Assembly (NCBI GenBank): GCA_017404545.1
Contig: JAFRCC010000022.1
Coordinates: 86,448-150,447 of the forward strand
DNA: 64,000 nucleotides
Reading direction: 5' to 3'
Source: Clostridia bacterium
Lineage (GTDB): Bacteria > Bacillota > Clostridia > TANB77 > CAG-508
Positions 9,396 through 19,206 of the stretch are shown piece by piece (position 1 is the first letter of the stretch; every line of letters begins with the position of its first letter). Below the pieces are notes generated by a model that did not search any database, was not told the DNA's origin, and saw only the letters and a list, made by a program, of their open reading frames with translations. Position numbers and translations under genes: made by a program.

Positions 9396-9504
9396 TATTA
9401 TAAAGTTTGTTCACAAAACCCAAATCTTCTGTACATCTTAATAAATTGTAATATATATATTAAATAAGGAAATGATTCTATATAAAACCATTTCCTTATA
9501 AATA

Positions 9505-9930
9505 TTATTTAATTTCAATATGTTTTGCTTCTGGAAGTTCTTTTCTTTCTTCTTTTTTAGGAATACAAACTTTTAGTATACCGTTTTTAAATTCTGCATT
9601 TACATCTTCTTCTTTAATTTGTTCTCCTACATAAAAACTTCTTGAACAATGTCCGTAATATCTTTCCTTATGAACAAATTTGTCCTTTTCTTCATTTTCA
9701 TCTTCTTTATTAACCTCAGCTGCTACTTCCAAATATCCATCTTTCAATGATAGGTTAATGTTTTCTTTTTCATATCCAGGAAGATCCATTTCAATAATGT
9801 ATTTATCTTTTTTCTCTTTTATGTCTGTTTTCATTATTGCACTTTCTCTTCTAATTGGAAAAAAATCATCTCCTTCAAAGAAATCTCTGAACAAATCAAA
9901 TTCGTTCCTTTTTCTTGGTATCATCATCAT
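9505..9930 (-). CDS. Hsp20/alpha-crystallin family small heat-shock protein (start MMMIPRKRNEF, RBS aaaggag).
   Basis: Alpha-crystallin domain (DIKEKKDKYIIEMDLPGYEKENINLSLKDGYLEV...GILKVCIPK). The track ORF extension to 10047 runs through the promoter/CIRCE. Confidence 0.8.
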   Translation of the reverse strand: MMMIPRKRNEFDLFRDFFEGDDFFPIRRESAIMKTDIKEKKDKYIIEMDLPGYEKENINLSLKDGYLEVAAEVNKEDENEEKDKFVHKERYYGHCSRSFYVGEQIKEEDVNAEFKNGILKVCIPKKEERKELPEAKHIEIK

Positions 9931-10034
9931 AAAAACCACTCCTTTTACAAAATAATTTTTTATGTGTTGATACTCTGTTTCAAGGGTATGCACATATATG
10001 TAATTCTCATTACATTTATATTGTATCACTAATT

Positions 10035-10061
10035 TTAGCACTGTCAAGTGTAGAGTGCTAA
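10035..10061 (-). promoter_or_regulatory. CIRCE operator (HrcA site) TTAGCACTG-N9-GAGTGCTAA, overlapping a -35 TTGACA / -10 TACAAT promoter of hsp20.
   Basis: Matches consensus TTAGCACTC-N9-GAGTGCTAA at 17 of 18 positions. Confidence 0.75.
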
Positions 10062-10126
10062 TTTTTGTAAATTTTTTATGAATTTATATTTTATTTAAAC
10101 AAAAAATTACTATTTATATACATACA

Positions 10127-10333
10127 CTATTTCATCATCTGCATTAATAAATCCATATCAGATTCTTCTTTAGTTAATAATGGAAATATAACCTTGTCCA
10201 TATCTAATCCTACGCCTAAACTTTTTATAAGTGTAGTTTTTCCTGTGCATGTTGTACCTAAAACTAATATTCTTTTATCTTTGTTATTATCAAATATTTC
10301 TTTTAATTCTTCTACATATTTGTTATTCATCAT
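10127..10333 (-). CDS. Small P-loop NTPase (possibly truncated).
   Basis: Walker A GTTCTGKTT. Only 68 aa. Confidence 0.35.
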   Translation of the reverse strand: MMNNKYVEELKEIFDNNKDKRILVLGTTCTGKTTLIKSLGVGLDMDKVIFPLLTKEESDMDLLMQMMK

Positions 10334-10706
10334 TTTCTCCCAAAATTTCTTTTTGAATTTTTTTCGAAAAACTTTTTATCACAATATCATATGAATGGTC
10401 TATCATTTCTAATAAAACTTTTTCATCTATTTCGTTTATATAGACTGTATTAAAATGGGCAGCTTGAATTGGTGGACAATGATACCCTTTTACAACTATA
10501 TCTTTATATTGTTTCCTATAAAGTTCAGCTAATAATACATCACATTTCAAAGTTATTTTATAGTCATCTTCTAATGGATATAATTGTGCAAATAATTTGT
10601 TATTTACTTTAAAGCATATTGGTATATCTCCAAATGGATAATCAATATATGCTTTATTTTTGTTTAAACAATATTTTGTTATATCTTCTATCTGCATTAT
10701 TATCAC
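10323..10706 (-). CDS. MmcQ/YjbR-family protein (predicted DNA-binding).
   Basis: Length and motif pattern. Assignment is tentative. Confidence 0.35.
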   Translation of the reverse strand: MIIMQIEDITKYCLNKNKAYIDYPFGDIPICFKVNNKLFAQLYPLEDDYKITLKCDVLLAELYRKQYKDIVVKGYHCPPIQAAHFNTVYINEIDEKVLLEMIDHSYDIVIKSFSKKIQKEILGENDE

Positions 10707-11191
10707 CTTTTTACTTTATATATAACATCAACTTCTTCTCTGCTAGGTTCTTCCCATTTGGATTCTAATTTTTTAAGTAATCCTTCGTCTAAATAGAAAT
10801 CAGAGCCACCTTTTTCCTCATCAATTCTATTATTTCTTTCAATAATATTTTGTTTCCATGTTTCATCATCTACACATACATAATGTATTTCACATTCTAT
10901 ACCTTTATTTTTATAATATTCTCTAATGTTTTCCCTATCTTCTTTTGACCAAAGCCCTCTTTCAAAAATAACATTTGCTCCAGCTTGTGCTATTTCTCCT
11001 ACTTTCTTTGTTAAATACTTATTCAATCTTTCTGAAAAGACATTATAAAATTCTCCTTGTTCATTGTTAATCAATTCATAAGTTGCTTCATCTGGAGAAA
11101 TTATAACTGCATTTAGTGAATCCTTTATTGAATTTGAATAATAGCTTTTACCACTACAAATTTTTCCACATACAATTATTACTTTTCCCAT
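10703..11191 (-). CDS. P-loop kinase / AAA-type ATPase.
   Basis: Walker A CGKICSGKS. Confidence 0.5.
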   Translation of the reverse strand: MGKVIIVCGKICSGKSYYSNSIKDSLNAVIISPDEATYELINNEQGEFYNVFSERLNKYLTKKVGEIAQAGANVIFERGLWSKEDRENIREYYKNKGIECEIHYVCVDDETWKQNIIERNNRIDEEKGGSDFYLDEGLLKKLESKWEEPSREEVDVIYKVKR

Positions 11192-11203
11192 TCCATTACT
11201 TCC

Positions 11204-11737
11204 TTATTTTATTTTCTTCTTATAAAATAGAATTACATCTTCCTCTTTCTTTAAAGGAGCTTCTTGTGATTGTTCATACTCAATTAAAGTTTTAATATAA
11301 TCCCTATATCCCAAATGAAAATAAATTTCCATATTTCTAACTGCTTCTGGACCAACTCCCAAAGATAATTCAGTATAACCTTTTTCTTTTAAATCATTTT
11401 CAACGAAGTTATATAATTTACTAAAATAACCTTTCCCCTCAAATTCTTTATTTGTTCTAAAAGCAGCTAAATATGCCATACTATCATTTAATAAACCTGA
11501 TGAATCACTTATATCTCCTATAAATGCGGAATCTTTTATGTAAGCTGTTATTTCACATATACTTTTGTCATTCAAGAAACCCAAATATGAAATTGTACTT
11601 TTTTCATCAAAATGTTTAAGTGCATTTTCTTTAAATTCTACCCATTTATTATTACCTGGATGAATCTCAATTAAATAATCCCATCTTTTTAATAATTCAT
11701 CTCTATTTGCAATTTTACATATATAATTTTCTTCCAT
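11204..11737 (-). CDS. GNAT family N-acetyltransferase.
   Basis: Acetyl-CoA motif FRTNKEFEGKGYFSKL. Confidence 0.6.
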   Translation of the reverse strand: MEENYICKIANRDELLKRWDYLIEIHPGNNKWVEFKENALKHFDEKSTISYLGFLNDKSICEITAYIKDSAFIGDISDSSGLLNDSMAYLAAFRTNKEFEGKGYFSKLYNFVENDLKEKGYTELSLGVGPEAVRNMEIYFHLGYRDYIKTLIEYEQSQEAPLKKEEDVILFYKKKIK

Positions 11738-11752
11738 TAAAATTACACCTTC

Positions 11753-12469
11753 TTACTTTATTAAATCCTTATATACATAGTTATCATCAAAAATATCTCC
11801 AAAAGATTCAACCCATAATGGTATATAGCAACTTCTATTTGCAACTGCTTGTGAGCCAATATTTGTAGAAGAAGCACACCATATTGGAACAATACCTTTT
11901 TCTAAAATTTTCATTGTTAAATTTTTTGTTAATATTGTTGCAAGTCCATCTTTTCTATACTCTGGCAATACCTCAATTCCAACTTCCCATATATCATCAG
12001 TTCTTTTATCTGCTCCAGCAACTCCTATAATTTTTTCGTTACAATAAGCACAATATGCTATATTAGAAATACATTTTCCTTTCTCATCAAATGTAATTGC
12101 ATTTTCAAAACCACTTGATAATTCTATTTGCTCTGTATTACCATCAAATAATTTAAACTCATAATTTGGTAATTCTTCTTGTTTTTCTAACCTAGTTAAG
12201 TCTGGTATGAAATATATCGATTGACCATATACATAAGGAAATTCAAAGATTTCATATACATTTTTTCCAGTCAATTTTTCTTTTACCATTTTATATAAAT
12301 TTTCTGATGAAGATACTAAAACTAAATCATAAAATAGTAATATTTTTAGTTTGTTTTCTTCATTATTTTTTATAATATTTAGCCCAGTTTTATCTAATTC
12401 TTCAACACTGCAATTATAATTTTGAGATATGTATTGTTTTACTTTTTCTATAATATTTTCTTTATTCAT
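11753..12469 (-). CDS. GNAT family N-acetyltransferase.
   Basis: VLPEYRKDGLATILT motif. Confidence 0.6.
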   Translation of the reverse strand: MNKENIIEKVKQYISQNYNCSVEELDKTGLNIIKNNEENKLKILLFYDLVLVSSSENLYKMVKEKLTGKNVYEIFEFPYVYGQSIYFIPDLTRLEKQEELPNYEFKLFDGNTEQIELSSGFENAITFDEKGKCISNIAYCAYCNEKIIGVAGADKRTDDIWEVGIEVLPEYRKDGLATILTKNLTMKILEKGIVPIWCASSTNIGSQAVANRSCYIPLWVESFGDIFDDNYVYKDLIK

Positions 12470-12480
12470 TTTTTCACCTA

Positions 12481-12882
12481 CTACAATTTCTTATAAAAGA
12501 TTATCTCTAAAGGTTCTCCTGGTAATGTTAGAGCCCCACTATCAATATAATTGTGTTTTCTATAAAAGAATTGAGCTTGTTCGTTTGATTGCGTAGATGT
12601 TAAAACTGCCTCAAATCCTTGCTTTTTCATTTCATCTTCCCAATACTCAACTAATTTACTTCCATTACCTTTTCCTCTTTCATCATCTAAAAAATAAAGC
12701 ATATTCATAAATGGTGTATTGTCCCAAAATAAGTTATATCTTAACCAACCTATGAATTTATCATTTTCATACATAACAATTATTCTATGTAAGTTAATTG
12801 CATTTACTAATTCATCTTTTGATATATGCTTATCATATTTATTTAATATATCTAAATCGCTAATATTAGCATATCTAATCAT
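12481..12882 (-). CDS. GNAT family N-acetyltransferase.
   Basis: LDDERGKGNGSKLVEY motif. Confidence 0.6.
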   Translation of the reverse strand: MIRYANISDLDILNKYDKHISKDELVNAINLHRIIVMYENDKFIGWLRYNLFWDNTPFMNMLYFLDDERGKGNGSKLVEYWEDEMKKQGFEAVLTSTQSNEQAQFFYRKHNYIDSGALTLPGEPLEIIFYKKL

Positions 12883-12942
12883 TAATTATCGCCTCTTTAT
12901 TATATTATTTATTTTACAAAATTTATTGATTTATTTCATCTG

Positions 12943-13758
12943 TTATTTTTTCTTTCCAATATACATTGCATGTCCACACATTTCAATAATTTCTTTTTTA
13001 TTCGATGTCTGTTCTATCAATTCCATTATTTTATTAAATACTTGATGGTCTGATATATTGTATATATTATCCTCTTTCTCATATCCAATTCCCCTAATAG
13101 ATTTAATATCAATTTTTTCAAAGTTACAATTATTAAACAATTCTTCAATTTCATTAGATGTCGGATAATATCCCTCTTGAAATCCTTTATCTTCCATATT
13201 GTTAAATTTACCAGTTTTAAAGACCTCATCTAAATTGTTTTCATTTACTTGCTCTGGGTGTCTAAAATATCTATCTATTATAGCAATACTTCCTGATAAA
13301 TAAGGAATAAAACTTGCAAATATTATTCCTTTATATTTTAATACTCTATTAACCTCATTTAAGCATTTTCTTCTTTCTGATTCTTCTAATAGATGATATA
13401 ATGGTCCAAATAATAACACAACATCAAATTTACTATCTTCATAAATACTTAAATCAATAGCATTTACAACATCACATGATCTTATTTTATTTATCTTGCC
13501 TTCATTTTGCACTTTGGCTTGATTTATTAAATCTTCTGATAAATCTGCAAGATAAACTTTATATCCCATTTCTGCCAAAGGGAAACTATATACTCCTGCT
13601 GCACCACCTAAATCTAATATTTTTGCTTCTTTAGGTAAATACTTACTTAAAATTCTCATTGTCATCTCATATTCAAGTTTCCCACTGTTATCATTTATAA
13701 GCCTATCTTTTTCATTAAAATTTTTATAATAATTTCTAATCTTATCAAAATCTGTCAT
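12943..13758 (-). CDS. Class I SAM-dependent methyltransferase.
   Basis: Motif I ILDLGGAAGVYS. Confidence 0.65.
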   Translation of the reverse strand: MTDFDKIRNYYKNFNEKDRLINDNSGKLEYEMTMRILSKYLPKEAKILDLGGAAGVYSFPLAEMGYKVYLADLSEDLINQAKVQNEGKINKIRSCDVVNAIDLSIYEDSKFDVVLLFGPLYHLLEESERRKCLNEVNRVLKYKGIIFASFIPYLSGSIAIIDRYFRHPEQVNENNLDEVFKTGKFNNMEDKGFQEGYYPTSNEIEELFNNCNFEKIDIKSIRGIGYEKEDNIYNISDHQVFNKIMELIEQTSNKKEIIEMCGHAMYIGKKK

Positions 13759-13779
13759 TTTCTTATCATTTCCATATAA

Positions 13780-14436
13780 TTATTTTTTCTTACATTTATA
13801 TAATTTCGTTTTAGTCCATTCTCTGACAAGTTCTACATCATTAAATCCTGCTTTTCTTAAAACTTCTTTTTCATGTTCAAAGCAAAATGGAACATCAACA
13901 TGTAAACTTGCAAATGGCATATTTTCTTTTTGGTATGTTTGTTCCGCCTCTGCCATAAATTTATCTTCTTCATCATAATTGACTGCCATAGTATCTCCAT
14001 TAACAAATACACCATCTTTTTTTAAACATTTATATACTTTACTGTATATATTCTGCTTTTGCTCTGAATTAAAATGGTGCATAGCATAACATGATAAAAC
14101 AATATCGTATTTCTCTTCTTCAAAATCTAAATCTAAAAAAGAGCCACATACGGTTTTTAAATTAACACCATCATATAGTTTTTTCTTTTCTAAAACTTCC
14201 AACATTTTATCTGAAAGATCCACTCCAACAACATTGCAAGGAAATTTTAATCTTTCTATTTCTAATCCACTACCACAACCTAATACTAATACAGAATTTT
14301 TATATTCACAATTATTTAATACTTCTTCAACTTCATCATAGAACTCTGCCATTCCCATTTTTTCTACAAATAAATCATCATGTTCTACTGCTTCATCATC
14401 AAAAAAATCTTTCATCTTTTTCATAAATTTTCTCAC
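13780..14436 (-). CDS. Class I SAM-dependent methyltransferase.
   Basis: Motif I VLVLGCGSGLE. Confidence 0.65.
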   Translation of the reverse strand: MRKFMKKMKDFFDDEAVEHDDLFVEKMGMAEFYDEVEEVLNNCEYKNSVLVLGCGSGLEIERLKFPCNVVGVDLSDKMLEVLEKKKLYDGVNLKTVCGSFLDLDFEEEKYDIVLSCYAMHHFNSEQKQNIYSKVYKCLKKDGVFVNGDTMAVNYDEEDKFMAEAEQTYQKENMPFASLHVDVPFCFEHEKEVLRKAGFNDVELVREWTKTKLYKCKKK

Positions 14437-15048
14437 CTATTTTTCTTTTTTTAATAACATTTTTATACCAAAGAATACAATTAAAACACCAACTATAATG
14501 TTCATTATTTTTGAAACATTTTCGGGTATAAAACTAGATAACATTGTTCCTAATACAGCTACAAAAGTTAAAAATATTAATGTTGAAGATACAAGCCCTA
14601 CTGAAAATACTATTAGTTCTTTCTTGTTTAACTTATCTTCAATTATTTTTGTAGTTAATACACTTCCCCAAAAAACTATTGTTATTGGATTAGAAAGAGT
14701 AAGTATTAACCCTTGTATAAATATATTACTTGATGTTGGTTTTAAATTTAATCCTGGTATTATATTTATATTAAATACGTTCAAAATAATATTTGCTCCA
14801 AAAATAATCAGTACAAAAGAACCAATTATTTTAAATGCTTTTTTTATCTTTGGTTTATCTAATATTTTGCTCACTCCTAAACTAGCTAGAATAATGTAAA
14901 ACGCATCTACTAAGGCTATTGCCAACACTAATGTAAGAGCCACTAAAAAGCCTACATTTTTTGCAGTATTAAAAACCATTAAGCACATCGGTCCAACTGC
15001 TAACTGCAATAGCATTCCAAATTTTAATCCATCTAAATATTTTTTCAA
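14437..15048 (-). CDS. LysE/RhtB-family amino-acid exporter.
   Basis: Six TM helices. GPM...LSNP motifs. Confidence 0.55.
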   Translation of the reverse strand: MKKYLDGLKFGMLLQLAVGPMCLMVFNTAKNVGFLVALTLVLAIALVDAFYIILASLGVSKILDKPKIKKAFKIIGSFVLIIFGANIILNVFNINIIPGLNLKPTSSNIFIQGLILTLSNPITIVFWGSVLTTKIIEDKLNKKELIVFSVGLVSSTLIFLTFVAVLGTMLSSFIPENVSKIMNIIVGVLIVFFGIKMLLKKEK

Positions 15049-15063
15049 ATATACTCACTTCCC

Positions 15064-15405
15064 TTACTTTATCCACTCTTCTTTTAATAGGCCAGTAATG
15101 TACTCGTCTTCTATTTTTCCAGAGCCTCTTGATACAAATTTTTGTCGTCTAATTCCTTCATCTTTATATCCAAATTTTAATTGCATTTTATGAGATTTTT
15201 CATTTTCTTTGAAATATCCGTTTTCTAATCTTCTTAATCCTAATACTTCAAAAGCGTACTTAATTCTTGCTTCAAAAGCTTCAGGACCATATCCTTTGCC
15301 CTGCTCTACATATTTTTTGTAAGCATTTTTCTTAACTTCATAAATAAAATCAAAGTATTTTTCAGTATATGGAACTAATTGAATTGCATTATGCATTTTT
15401 ACCAC
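15064..15405 (-). CDS. GNAT acetyltransferase (RimJ/RimL-like, possibly truncated).
   Basis: GKGYGPEAFEARIKYAFEVLGLRRLE...KSHKMQLKFGYKDEG. Confidence 0.5.
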   Translation of the reverse strand: MVKMHNAIQLVPYTEKYFDFIYEVKKNAYKKYVEQGKGYGPEAFEARIKYAFEVLGLRRLENGYFKENEKSHKMQLKFGYKDEGIRRQKFVSRGSGKIEDEYITGLLKEEWIK

Positions 15406-15432
15406 TCCATCTCTAAACTTATAATTAAATTA

Positions 15433-16197
15433 TTATAATTCACTAACATAATTAGCAAGTTCTATTGCTATATCAAAATGTGTTGAATCGTGTTGTGTTC
15501 CTTCAAGTTCACCATTTTTATGTCTTTCGTCCCATTTTGGACTATCTAATAAATCTCCACTTGTAAAAAATGTATAAAATTCTAAATTTCTAAAATCACA
15601 CATTGCTTGAACTGCTGAACATTCCATTTCTACAGATATACACCCATCTGCTTTTCTCTTTTCAAAATTATTTAATGTTTCTCTATAAAAAGCGTCGGTT
15701 GTCCAAGTCTTACCTTCAATATAAGGAATTTCATTTATTCTCATAAAATCTGAAACTATATTATGATTTTTAACTTCTATATAATCACTAGCCTCTGCAT
15801 AATGATAAGAAGTGCCCTCATCTCTATATGCTTTTGTTGGCACCATAACTTTACCGTGTGCTATTTCTTTGTTTAAACAACCTGCTCCTCCAAAAACTAT
15901 AAACTTATTCGTTTTTATTTGTGAAGATGATGTTTCAATTGAGCCTACGCAAGATGGGGCACCAACGTAAGTTTTAAAAAAACCTATTTTTTTACCTTTA
16001 TAATCTATTTTATATATAAATCTGGTGTCAGCTGCATCTTTAATCTCGCCTATCTTTTCACATTTATAATTATTTAAAACATATTCTTCAATGACATTTG
16101 AAAATGTCAAAATACATACATCTAACTTATATGCATTTTCATTAAATTTTGGATTAATTTTTGCTTCTGATTTATTATCAAAACTATTTGTTATCAT
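15433..16197 (-). CDS. Nucleoside phosphorylase-family protein (PNP/UDP/MTAP fold).
   Basis: GAPSCVGSIE, IVFGGAGCL, VEMECSAVQ motifs. Confidence 0.6.
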   Translation of the reverse strand: MITNSFDNKSEAKINPKFNENAYKLDVCILTFSNVIEEYVLNNYKCEKIGEIKDAADTRFIYKIDYKGKKIGFFKTYVGAPSCVGSIETSSSQIKTNKFIVFGGAGCLNKEIAHGKVMVPTKAYRDEGTSYHYAEASDYIEVKNHNIVSDFMRINEIPYIEGKTWTTDAFYRETLNNFEKRKADGCISVEMECSAVQAMCDFRNLEFYTFFTSGDLLDSPKWDERHKNGELEGTQHDSTHFDIAIELANYVSEL

Positions 16198-16211
16198 ACT
16201 ATACCTCCATT

Positions 16212-17054
16212 TTATAATGTTTTCTTCTTTTCCTTACTACAGCTGAAATTTATTAATATTCCTTTATCTTCATATCCAGCATTTATGTATGCTTTATTTG
16301 ATGCTGGATAACTATAATCTGTATATAGCAATGGTTGTATATTTTTGTCTAATATTAATTTTGTTAAATCATGTATTAAATTTGCAGCATAACCTTTTCC
16401 TCTTTCATCTTCTAAAGTATATACATGACCTATTCTTGCTGTACCATTTACCACATCATATTTAGCAATACAAATAATTTTCCCATCTTTATTTTTCCAT
16501 GTATATAGTACCTCTTTTTCTATTAAATCTTCTGTTTCTTTCTTTGCTTTTTCAAAAGTAACTTCATCGTTTTCTTTTAGTGTAACCTTCATAAAGTCTA
16601 AAAATTTAAAAACAAATTCTGCAACTATATCCACCTCGTCTTTTGTTGCTTTTTGCATATTACCATCTACTTTTTTTACCTCTTTAACACCATTGCAAAT
16701 TAAGAATCCTAGTTCAAAATAATCTTCTTTGTTTAATTTTTGATAATTATTTTGCAATAAATAATCATAGAATTCCTTTTTACAAGTGAATTGATCATAT
16801 TTTAAATCTGTTAAATATAAACTCATAACATCTATAATTTCTTCTAGTATTTTTTTATCTTTTAAATTATCCTTTGTCCAAATCCAAGTAGGTTTTCCAT
16901 CACGATTTCGTGCAAAGAAATAGTTTTCTTCATCACTATATAATAACACTTCATCTCCAGTTAAAATTTTAGTAACTATATTAAATTTATATTTATCTTT
17001 CAAAAATTCTTCTGAATTAAATATTTTATTATCTCTTTCAATTTTTTTATACAT
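16212..17054 (-). CDS. GNAT family N-acetyltransferase (C-terminal domain).
   Basis: EDERGKGYAANLIHDL. Confidence 0.55.
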   Translation of the reverse strand: MYKKIERDNKIFNSEEFLKDKYKFNIVTKILTGDEVLLYSDEENYFFARNRDGKPTWIWTKDNLKDKKILEEIIDVMSLYLTDLKYDQFTCKKEFYDYLLQNNYQKLNKEDYFELGFLICNGVKEVKKVDGNMQKATKDEVDIVAEFVFKFLDFMKVTLKENDEVTFEKAKKETEDLIEKEVLYTWKNKDGKIICIAKYDVVNGTARIGHVYTLEDERGKGYAANLIHDLTKLILDKNIQPLLYTDYSYPASNKAYINAGYEDKGILINFSCSKEKKKTL

Positions 17055-17071
17055 TTATTATCCCTCTTTAT

Positions 17072-17599
17072 TTACAATTTTATTTTATAATAATTATTCT
17101 TTAATTTGATAGTCCATTCATCACTCAATTTCTTTTCATCATAACTTGTTCTATATAAAATACCACCATTTTTTATAATTGTTTTATTAGATCCATAGTT
17201 ATTTTCATAGCATCCTAAAATTGCTTCTTTCATATTCTTTTCTTTACAAACTTGTAAAGCATATTCTAACATTTTAGTTGCATATCCTTTTCTTCTTTCG
17301 CTAGGTCTTACTCCATAACCAATATCTCCATATAATTCTTTTAGATTATCTGATAAATCATATCTGATATTTAATAATCCAACTAATTTATCTTTATCAA
17401 ATGCTAAATACAAATAGTATCTTCCCCATTCATCATCAGCCTTTTCGCTATTTCTATTTACTTTTTCAACCCAATCTTCATATTTCATATTTGTCATTCC
17501 TAAACTAGCACTAATACTTCTTTCATGATTAGAATAATGTTCTATCACATATTCCTTTAAAATTTCATAATCCTCTAGTGCTGGTAATCTATAATTCAT
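17072..17599 (-). CDS. GNAT family N-acetyltransferase.
   Basis: PSERRKGYATKMLEYAL. Confidence 0.6.
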   Translation of the reverse strand: MNYRLPALEDYEILKEYVIEHYSNHERSISASLGMTNMKYEDWVEKVNRNSEKADDEWGRYYLYLAFDKDKLVGLLNIRYDLSDNLKELYGDIGYGVRPSERRKGYATKMLEYALQVCKEKNMKEAILGCYENNYGSNKTIIKNGGILYRTSYDEKKLSDEWTIKLKNNYYKIKL

Positions 17600-17614
17600 T
17601 TAATAACACCTCTT

Positions 17615-18061
17615 TTAATTTATTTTATCATTTTTCATAGGATAAAAAATCAAACCATTTACACTTTGTTTTTCATCAGTATCTTCAAAACCTAAATGCT
17701 TATATACTTCGTGAGCATACGGAGAAGAATTAACTGTAAAATATCCTGTATTATTTTGTTTAACAGCATATTGATATAACTTTCTTCCAATGCCTCTTTT
17801 ATGATACTTTCCATCAACAAAGAATAGTGCAATATGATTACCATTTTTTGTTGCAATCATTCCAATTAAACTGTTATTCTCAAATGCACCTATAAATCTT
17901 CTTTGTTTTATCCATTCGTTATCAAAAATTGATTTTTTAAATTCCTCGATACCTTCTTGTGTATAATCTGGAGCTTCAAATTCTAAAAATGTTTTCCAAA
18001 CTAAATTTAAGCAATCATTCATCTCTATATCTTTAATTTCTCTTATTTCTATTTCATTCAT
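17615..18061 (-). CDS. GNAT family N-acetyltransferase.
   Basis: YHKRGIGRKLYQYA. Confidence 0.6.
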   Translation of the reverse strand: MNEIEIREIKDIEMNDCLNLVWKTFLEFEAPDYTQEGIEEFKKSIFDNEWIKQRRFIGAFENNSLIGMIATKNGNHIALFFVDGKYHKRGIGRKLYQYAVKQNNTGYFTVNSSPYAHEVYKHLGFEDTDEKQSVNGLIFYPMKNDKIN

Positions 18062-18633
18062 TATATATCCTCTCCCAAAACAATTTTACATATCAATCTA
18101 TATTGTTCTTTATAACTTTCTTTGGTCTTATTGCTCAAATCGTTATAATCTTTTTCAAAACTCTCTTTTAACCAATTTCTTACTTCATTAAGATTAATAT
18201 TATTTCTGTTGTATGCAGAATTAAATAGCATTGGAATATTATCAAAATGAGCAATAATATCAGCATCCGCAACACATAAATCTTCAATATTTGTTGCATT
18301 TTTACTACTTCTATGATTATAGACACAGCTTAATACCCTGTCCATTTTTTCTTTTGGATAACTATATTTATTTAATATTTCTTCTGCCAATATTTTTCCA
18401 TTTATATGATGGTCTTTTCTATCGCCTATCTTACAAATTAAAGCAATATCATGCAGCAAAGCTCCAAGTTTTACAATTTCAATATCAGCCCCATATTGCT
18501 CTGCTAATTTTTGGTTTTCAATATAAACATATTTGATGTGTTCATTCCAAAAATCATAATGATCTTCTGCATTAGCTTTATATTCATCTATTTTTTCTTT
18601 AACTTCTTTTTCTATTATATCTATGATATTCAT
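18061..18633 (-). CDS. HD-domain phosphohydrolase.
   Basis: LGALLHDIAL H...HD motif. Confidence 0.55.
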   Translation of the reverse strand: MNIIDIIEKEVKEKIDEYKANAEDHYDFWNEHIKYVYIENQKLAEQYGADIEIVKLGALLHDIALICKIGDRKDHHINGKILAEEILNKYSYPKEKMDRVLSCVYNHRSSKNATNIEDLCVADADIIAHFDNIPMLFNSAYNRNNINLNEVRNWLKESFEKDYNDLSNKTKESYKEQYRLICKIVLGEDI

Positions 18634-18669
18634 TTATAAATCCCACCTTAATTTTTTCTTTTTATCATC

Positions 18670-18830
18670 TGATAATGAAACTCTGTTTCTCCATTAGGTT
18701 CAAATCCAAGTTTCTTATATAAATTTCTAACTGGATTTTGTTTAAAATATTGTACTTCATATACAAATTCATAATCAGTATTTTATACTTTCTTAAAATA
18801 TAGTTTTCCATATAGTTTCATTCCCTTCGT
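18670..18830 (-). pseudogene. GNAT acetyltransferase C-terminal fragment (PVRNLYKKLGFEPNGETE).
   Basis: Classic GNAT tail motif in a short frame with no start. Confidence 0.4.
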
Positions 18831-19206
18831 ATAAAAAAATAAGCCTCACAAAAGAATCTTTTAAGACTCCTTTGTAAGACTTTATAATCCTACTACGTGT
18901 AAACAACTAACTTATTAATAATTGTCCTTTATCGCTCGGAATATCGTTTCCTAGATAAACTCTTAAATATGTTTCTAATTGTAGCATATTATTTGTCACT
19001 TGTCAAACTTAACATAATTTTTGATGTAACTATTGTTTTAATTTAACCACATTAAAGCCTTTTACTTCTTTAATATTTCTATCATTTTTTCAAACTGACT
19101 TACATTATATTTAATTTCTTTTAATGATTGTATTACTTCATTTTCTGCAAGTTTAATTTCTTCTTTATCATAATTATATCCAATTTTTTCATCTTGTTCA
19201 AAATTA

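Noticed and set aside
18690-18720. tRNA-like GGTTCAAATCC T-loop motif
   Set aside because: Flanking sequence cannot form T-stem or acceptor-stem pairing. The segment is the coding remnant of a GNAT C-terminus (PVRNLYKKLGFEPNGETE).
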